Part shown: in pieces, positions 16,501 to 64,000 of the stretch
How the letters are laid out: the number at the start of each line of letters is the position of its first letter
How positions within the stretch are numbered: the first letter of the stretch is position 1
Source: the human T2T-CHM13v2.0 reference genome, Homo sapiens
Length of the DNA: 64,000 nucleotides
Strand: one strand, 5' to 3'
NCBI RefSeq assembly: GCF_009914755.1
Contig: NC_060936.1
Notes under the pieces: generated by a model
Databases searched by the model: none
What the model was told of the DNA's origin: nothing
What the model saw: only the letters and a program-made list of their open reading frames with translations
Translations under genes and position numbers: made by a program

Positions 16501-19420
16501 GGGGCAGGCGGGGGACCACCTGGGAGCAGTGGGGGAGGGGGCCTGAGGGGATGCTCAGCTTCTTAGGGACTCATCCCAGACCCGGGACATAGAGGCAAAA
16601 TAGGGGTGGGAGAGCCTGGGGTGAGACATTAGAAACTCCAGATTTTTCACTTGTGTCTTTCTCTGTATCTTCTTTTTCTTCCCTTTTTTTCTTCTGTCAG
16701 TCTGTGTATCTCTGTCTCAGGGAACCGTGGGTCTTTGTCTCCGCCTCTCCCATATATTAGAAATATCTTACTTTCATGCGGTTAAGTTGAAGAGGCTGGA
16801 GGGATGGCTAGCTGGATGTCTGCGTTGTAGAGAGGTAACCCCAGGTGTGTGTCTGCGCGTGGGGTAGGAAGATGTCAGTGTTTCTGAAAGGTGGGGACTG
16901 CAAAGGAGGGAGCTCCAGGTGGGGTGGGGACGGGTGTGTGGGAGGCAACAGAGCCACTAGGGGCCAGCCAGGCTTGAACCTTTGACCTGTCTTGTGACAG
17001 ATGTGCCAGTGGATGCTTGTGCTTTAGGGGAAAGGAGTGTCTTCTGGACTTGGAAGGGGGCTGGGGCGGGGGGGGGCTGTCCAAGGTCTAGTGAAGGCCC
17101 TAGAATGACCCCATGCAATTTGGACTCCTGAGTCCCAAGGGCTGTGGGCAAGGAGCTCAGGAGGAGCCGGGGAGACCTTGTCTTGACCCTCTGACCTCAG
17201 GACCACCGGGGCAGCGGGAGCCAGCCGCAGGGAGACCCCTACCGGGGCTGGGCGGGACCACTGGCCACTGCCAGCCTGTGTATCCCCGTTGGCACCCCGC
17301 CCAAACGGGAGCTGGGGATCGAGGCCCCTCCTCTGGCTCAGACCACCCTGCCTGCCCTTGCTCCCCGCTCTGAATCCTCTTTCAGGTCCCATGACCCCGA
17401 AACAATCAGCACTGGGCAGCTAGCTTTCGGGACAGGATTACGGAAAGGGGACCCCGTAGAGCCTGGGGACTGAGGGTTTTAGGGGTCTGGAGAGCTGGGG
17501 TCTTCTAGGATAGGTCTTTACGTTCCAGTAGAGGGAGAAGGCGGGCGGTTTCCCGGGGGATATGTAAGGGTCGGAATAAGTGTGGTTTTCCCTAGGGGGC
17601 GGGGTCCAGAGACCTCTCCCCCTCCACCATTATCTCCCTGGCATCCCCGCCCTTGACGTCACCAGGGGGTTCCCGGGGGTCTGGAAGGGTTAACCCTTGG
17701 GAAGCCGGCTGCTATAACCAGCAACCTAAGGTGTCCGGGCCCCTCCTCCTCCCCATACACACCTAATTTTATTGACCCAGTCACTTTCTCTGCTTTCTCT
17801 CCCCTATACTTTCTGGATTCTTCTCCCTTTCTAACCCCACCAACGGGGACCCCCACTCTCCAGTAGTGCCCCCCTGGGCGCCACTGCCTGCTTTCCGGAT
17901 GTGCTGAGAGGAGGAGGGAAGAATGTGGCCCGCCCCTCAGCCCCCACCCCTATGGCTCGCTCTACTGGGCTCCCGGGGCGGGTGGGGGGAGCGGAGCCGT
18001 CTGCAGCCAGTGCCTGCGGCGGCGACTTGGGTGGGCCGAGGAGGCACGGGGGCGGGGAAGGCGGGACCGGGAGTAGGGGGGCGGAGCCGACTCCTGGGAG
18101 TTGGGGAGCGGGGGTGCGAGGGGGACGCTGGAAAACAGGGAGACACCGAAGATGGTTTAGGGCTCCGGCAGGGGAACCCTAGAGCTCCCTGTCCCATCCC
18201 GAACTCTCACACCCCAGAAAAACTTTACCGAAGCTAAAAAAGTTGGCGACATTTTCCTTTTACTAGCCTGAAGGGGAGATATGGGTGGGCTGTGGAACGC
18301 GTGGGCGAGGAGGGGTGTAGCCCCATTTCCTTGGAGGCTCTTCGGCAGCTAGGCAGTGGGGCAGAAAGATGACTGAGTAGGCAAGTTTGGGGGAGTCTCT
18401 AGTGTTTGGGGGATCATTTGCAAACTTCCCTCCTTCCCCTGGGTGAGTCATAGAGGGAAGGAGGCGGGAGAATTGTCCCCCCATCCAGCTGCCAACCAGC
18501 TGTGCCCCCCGCCCCCCAATATTAGTTCCAAGGTCGAGTTGGGAGGTCTTGGATGCGGGATCCGCACCTCGGTTGGAAAAGGAGGAGTTAGAAAAGGGTA
18601 CAGCCCAGGCTGCCGGGCCGGGCTGGGTCGCGGGGTCCGGGTTCCGCTCCCCATCTCACCCCGCCCTCACCCTAAATCCCAGCATCCCGGGATCACCCAC
18701 CGCGCCGGCCGGCCCGGCCCGCTCCCGGTGGTTCTCCACCCCATCCCGCCCCACCCCACCCTCATTCCCGGGAGACTGGAAAACCCGGGATGGAGTCAAA
18801 ACTGGAGTTTGAAAAGAAAAACGGACAGCAGCACCTTCTTCCTCGCTACGCTTTTATAAGGATCACATTGTTTTTTTCATTCTCTCAGAGTCTCCCCTCA
18901 TACTTCCTTTCCTGTTCCCCCAAAACAGAGACCAAAAAGATTAGGTGGGCCTGATTTAAACTACCCCAGAATAACACCAGCTTTCACCTTTGTGCCCAAC
19001 AGACCCAGAAGACTCCCCTCAGGAACCTTACCTCCTCCTCCACACTGTTTTCTGTCTAAGAGGGCAGATGGCTTGTGCTCCCTCCTGGCCCCACCTGGCT
19101 CTGTGTCGGGACTGTGGCTAGGGCTCCCTCTGCTGGACACTGCAGAGATTGTACACGGGCTGTCCCTGGGGACGGGCACGAGAAGGAAGGGGGAACGGGC
19201 TCTAGCAGAGCCGCCCAGTGCTTGAAGTCAGATCCATCACACGAGTTCTCCCATCCCACCCTCAAAGCCGGCCCAGGGTTAGAGCAAGAAGAATTAGAGG
19301 GTCCATGTTACTAAAATCACTTGAAGTTAATATAGGCACAATTAGTCCAAAACATGCCTTCTACACACAGACCACACAGGCAAAGCTCCCACCCAGGCAA
19401 AGCTCCCACCCAGTTCCCAA
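16500..19420. promoter_or_regulatory. GLI1: GLI1 intron 1 regulatory region (CpG-rich, GLI-like sites, full CRE)
   Basis: GACCACCCT 17341, TGGGTGGGC 18028 and 18282, GACCACACA 19370, TGACGTCA 17654-17661; CpG-rich at about 17850-18800. Confidence 0.65.
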
Positions 19421-19509
19421 GAAGATCCCCAGAGTACATAGACTACAAGACTGCCTCTGCCTCTCTGGGACATCATTTCCCCTTACCCCTCCCCTCACTC
19501 AGCGAATGA

Positions 19510-28350
<8,841 letters not shown>

Positions 28351-28532
28351 AGAGTAGGGAATCTCATCCATCACAGATCGCATTTCCTAAGGGGTTTCTA
28401 TCCTTCCAGAAAAATTGGGGGAGCTGCAGTCCCCTGCACAAGATGCCCCAGGGATGGGAGGTATGGGCTGGGGGCTATGTATAGTCTGTATACGTTTTGA
28501 GGAGAAATTTGATAATGACACTGTTTCCTGAT

Positions 28533-28538
28533 AATAAA
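28533..28538 (+). terminator. GLI1: GLI1 poly(A) signal AATAAA
   Basis: About 180 nt after the stop codon; GU/U-rich tract at 28569-28587. Confidence 0.9.
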
Positions 28539-28568
28539 GGAACTGCATCAGAAAAAATACCATGCCAC

Positions 28569-28574
28569 TTTATG
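28569..28574 (-). terminator. ARHGAP9: ARHGAP9 candidate poly(A) signal CATAAA (variant)
   Basis: tttatg on the + strand. I saw no canonical minus-strand AATAAA between the ARHGAP9 stop and this point. Confidence 0.55.
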
Positions 28575-28805
28575 TATTATTATGTTGGGGAGGAATGATA
28601 ACAGGGAACAAGAAGAGAAGCAGGGGTTAATCCACTCACTTTCCTCTTTAGAGAAGCTCCCTCACCCATCCCAACACCTCAAGTCACACTCATGAAGATA
28701 GAGACAGTCATTTGGGAGATTTAAAGGGATATCCTCAAAACAGAACACCAGCCTCTCACCACCAGAGATGACCGGAAATATGTTTTCTCTTCTTCCTTCC
28801 CTGCA

Positions 28806-35693
<6,888 letters not shown>

Positions 35694-36016
35694 TGTAGCC
35701 AGCACTGTCACCTGTGAGAAAAAGGGACACTGGAGACCCAGAAGGGAATAGGCCTGGCTGTCTCCAGGTAGACAGACATGGTTCTAGGAGCAGTGTTGCA
35801 GGGAGGTGAGGACGGGAGCCCTTGAGTTGGGGGAGAGGGTAGAGCAAACAGCCTGGTGAGGATCGGTGACAGGTTTTGGGGGCTGAGAACTCCTGGTGGT
35901 GTCTGGTGAGGAAGTATGTAAGTAACATGAGAGAGGATGTGGTCAGCAGGGCTGCATGGCCAGCAAGGCAGGAAATTAGAGGAGATGACCTAGGCCAGTA
36001 GTTTTCCTCCAAGTAC

Positions 36017-36150
36017 CTTGTGGGGCCCATCAGAAGATTCAGGAGCAGGAGTTGGTCCTGGGTAGTGGTGGGAGTCTTGAGGTGGACACAGGAAGGAGAT
36101 AAGAAGAAAGAATCAGGTTCAAGACAGAAACAGGGAGACACAAGGTTAAT
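36017..36150 (-). other. ARHGAP9: Probable ARHGAP9 non-coding first exon (5' limit approximate)
   Basis: Minus-strand donor AAG|gtactt at 36017/36016, upstream of the acceptor at 35711. A further strong donor CAG|gtaagg lies at 37066. Confidence 0.55.
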
Positions 36151-36473
36151 GACAAAGACAAAAATGTGTGTTATTCTTTATTAAATTTATGCAAGCATCA
36201 ATGTTTCCGTTACCAGTCACCTCAGACCATAGCTGCGTGCTTCCTGTGCAGACTCAGAGAGACATGGTGACAGAGAAACAGAAAGCCAAATAAATACCAA
36301 GACCAAATCAGAGAGAAAGACAAAGTGGGAGAAACACAGAGGGATTCAGAGTTGAAATATCACCACCCTCCCAATCCAGGACACGATTTTGGGAGCTGAG
36401 AAGCCTTGATACTGTCCTGTACACACAAGCCTCTTGAGGCAGGAGCTACTTTAGTGTGTGGGTTCATTCATGC

Positions 36474-44166
<7,693 letters not shown>

Positions 44167-44169
44167 GTG

Positions 44170-63107
<18,938 letters not shown>

Positions 63108-64000
63108 TTTTTTTTTTTTTTTTTTTAATTGACCATTCTTGGGTGTTTCTCGCAGAGGGGGATTTGGCAGGGTCATAGGACAATAGTGGAGGGAAGGTCA
63201 GCAGATAAACAAGTGAACAAAGGTCTCTGGTTTTCCTAGGCAGAGGACCCTGCGGCCTTCCGCAGTGTTTGTGTCCCTGGGTACTTGAGATTAGGGAGTG
63301 GTGATGACTCTTAACGAGCATGCTGCCTTCAAGCATCTGTTTAACAAAGCACATCTTGCACCGCCCTTAATCCATTTAACCCTGAGTGGACACAGCACAT
63401 GTTTCAGAGAGCACAGGGTTGGGGGTAAGGTTATAGATCAACAGCATCCCAAGGCAGAAGAATTTTTCTTAGTACAGAACAAAATGAAAAGTCTCCCATG
63501 TCTACCTCTTTCTACACAGACACGGCAACCATCCGATTTCTCAATCTTTTCCCCACCTTTCCCCCCTTTCTATTCCACAAAACCGCCATTGTCATCATGG
63601 CCCGTTCTCAATGAGCTGTTGGGTACACCTCCCAGACGGGGTGGTGGCCAGGCAGAGGGGCTCCTCACTTCCCAGTAGGGGCGGCCGGGCAGAGGCGCCC
63701 CTCACCTCCCGGACGGGGCGGCTGGCCGGGCGGGGGGCTGACCCCCCCCACCTCCCTCCTGGATGGGGCGGCTGGCCGGGCAGAGGGGCTCCTCACTTCC
63801 CAGTAGGGGCGGCCGGGCAGAGGCGCCCCTCACCTCCCGGACGGGGCGGCTGGCCGGGCGGGGGTCTGGCCCCCCACCTCCCTCCCGGACGGGGCGGCTG
63901 GCCGGGCGGGGGTCTGGCCCCCCACCTCCCTCCCGGACGGGGCGGCTGGCCGGGCGGGGGCTGACCCCCCACCTCCCTCCCGGACGGGGCGGCTGGCCGG
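63108..64000 (-). mobile_element. Second SVA (younger, SVA_C/D-like), cut off by the window end
   Basis: poly(T) 63108-63126, SINE-R to about 63620, then a homogeneous GC-rich VNTR. Confidence 0.95.

Noticed and set aside
16093-18859. Overlapping Pro/Gly/Arg-rich ORFs around the GLI1 promoter
   Set aside because: Expected from stop-codon scarcity in CpG-island DNA; no recognisable domains.
63620-64000. Regular GC-rich repeats resembling a repeat-spacer array
   Set aside because: This is the SVA VNTR. There are no unique spacers and the DNA is human, so it is not CRISPR.

Overview
Human DNA; the gene order identifies it as chr12q13.3. On the + strand: the end of INHBC (intron 1, exon 2, 3' UTR), complete INHBE (2 exons, 350 aa) and complete GLI1 (11 coding exons, 1106 aa). 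ARHGAP9 (17 coding exons, 731 aa) is on the - strand, tail-to-tail with GLI1. MARS1 exons 1-11 follow on the + strand, head-to-head with ARHGAP9. I read all exon boundaries from GT-AG sites, and they sum to the known protein lengths. Introns are dense in Alu, L2, MIR and MLT elements, with two antisense SVAs and a ~630-bp TA-rich array in MARS1. I found no new protein-coding gene. The best leads are regulatory: interlocked GLI1/ARHGAP9 poly(A) sites, ATF4 (CARE) and HNF4-type motifs plus uORFs at INHBE and MARS1, a duplicated 60-bp element in the INHBC 3' region, and a serial retrotransposon insertion hotspot in MARS1 intron 7. Motif calls are by eye, not exhaustive scans.
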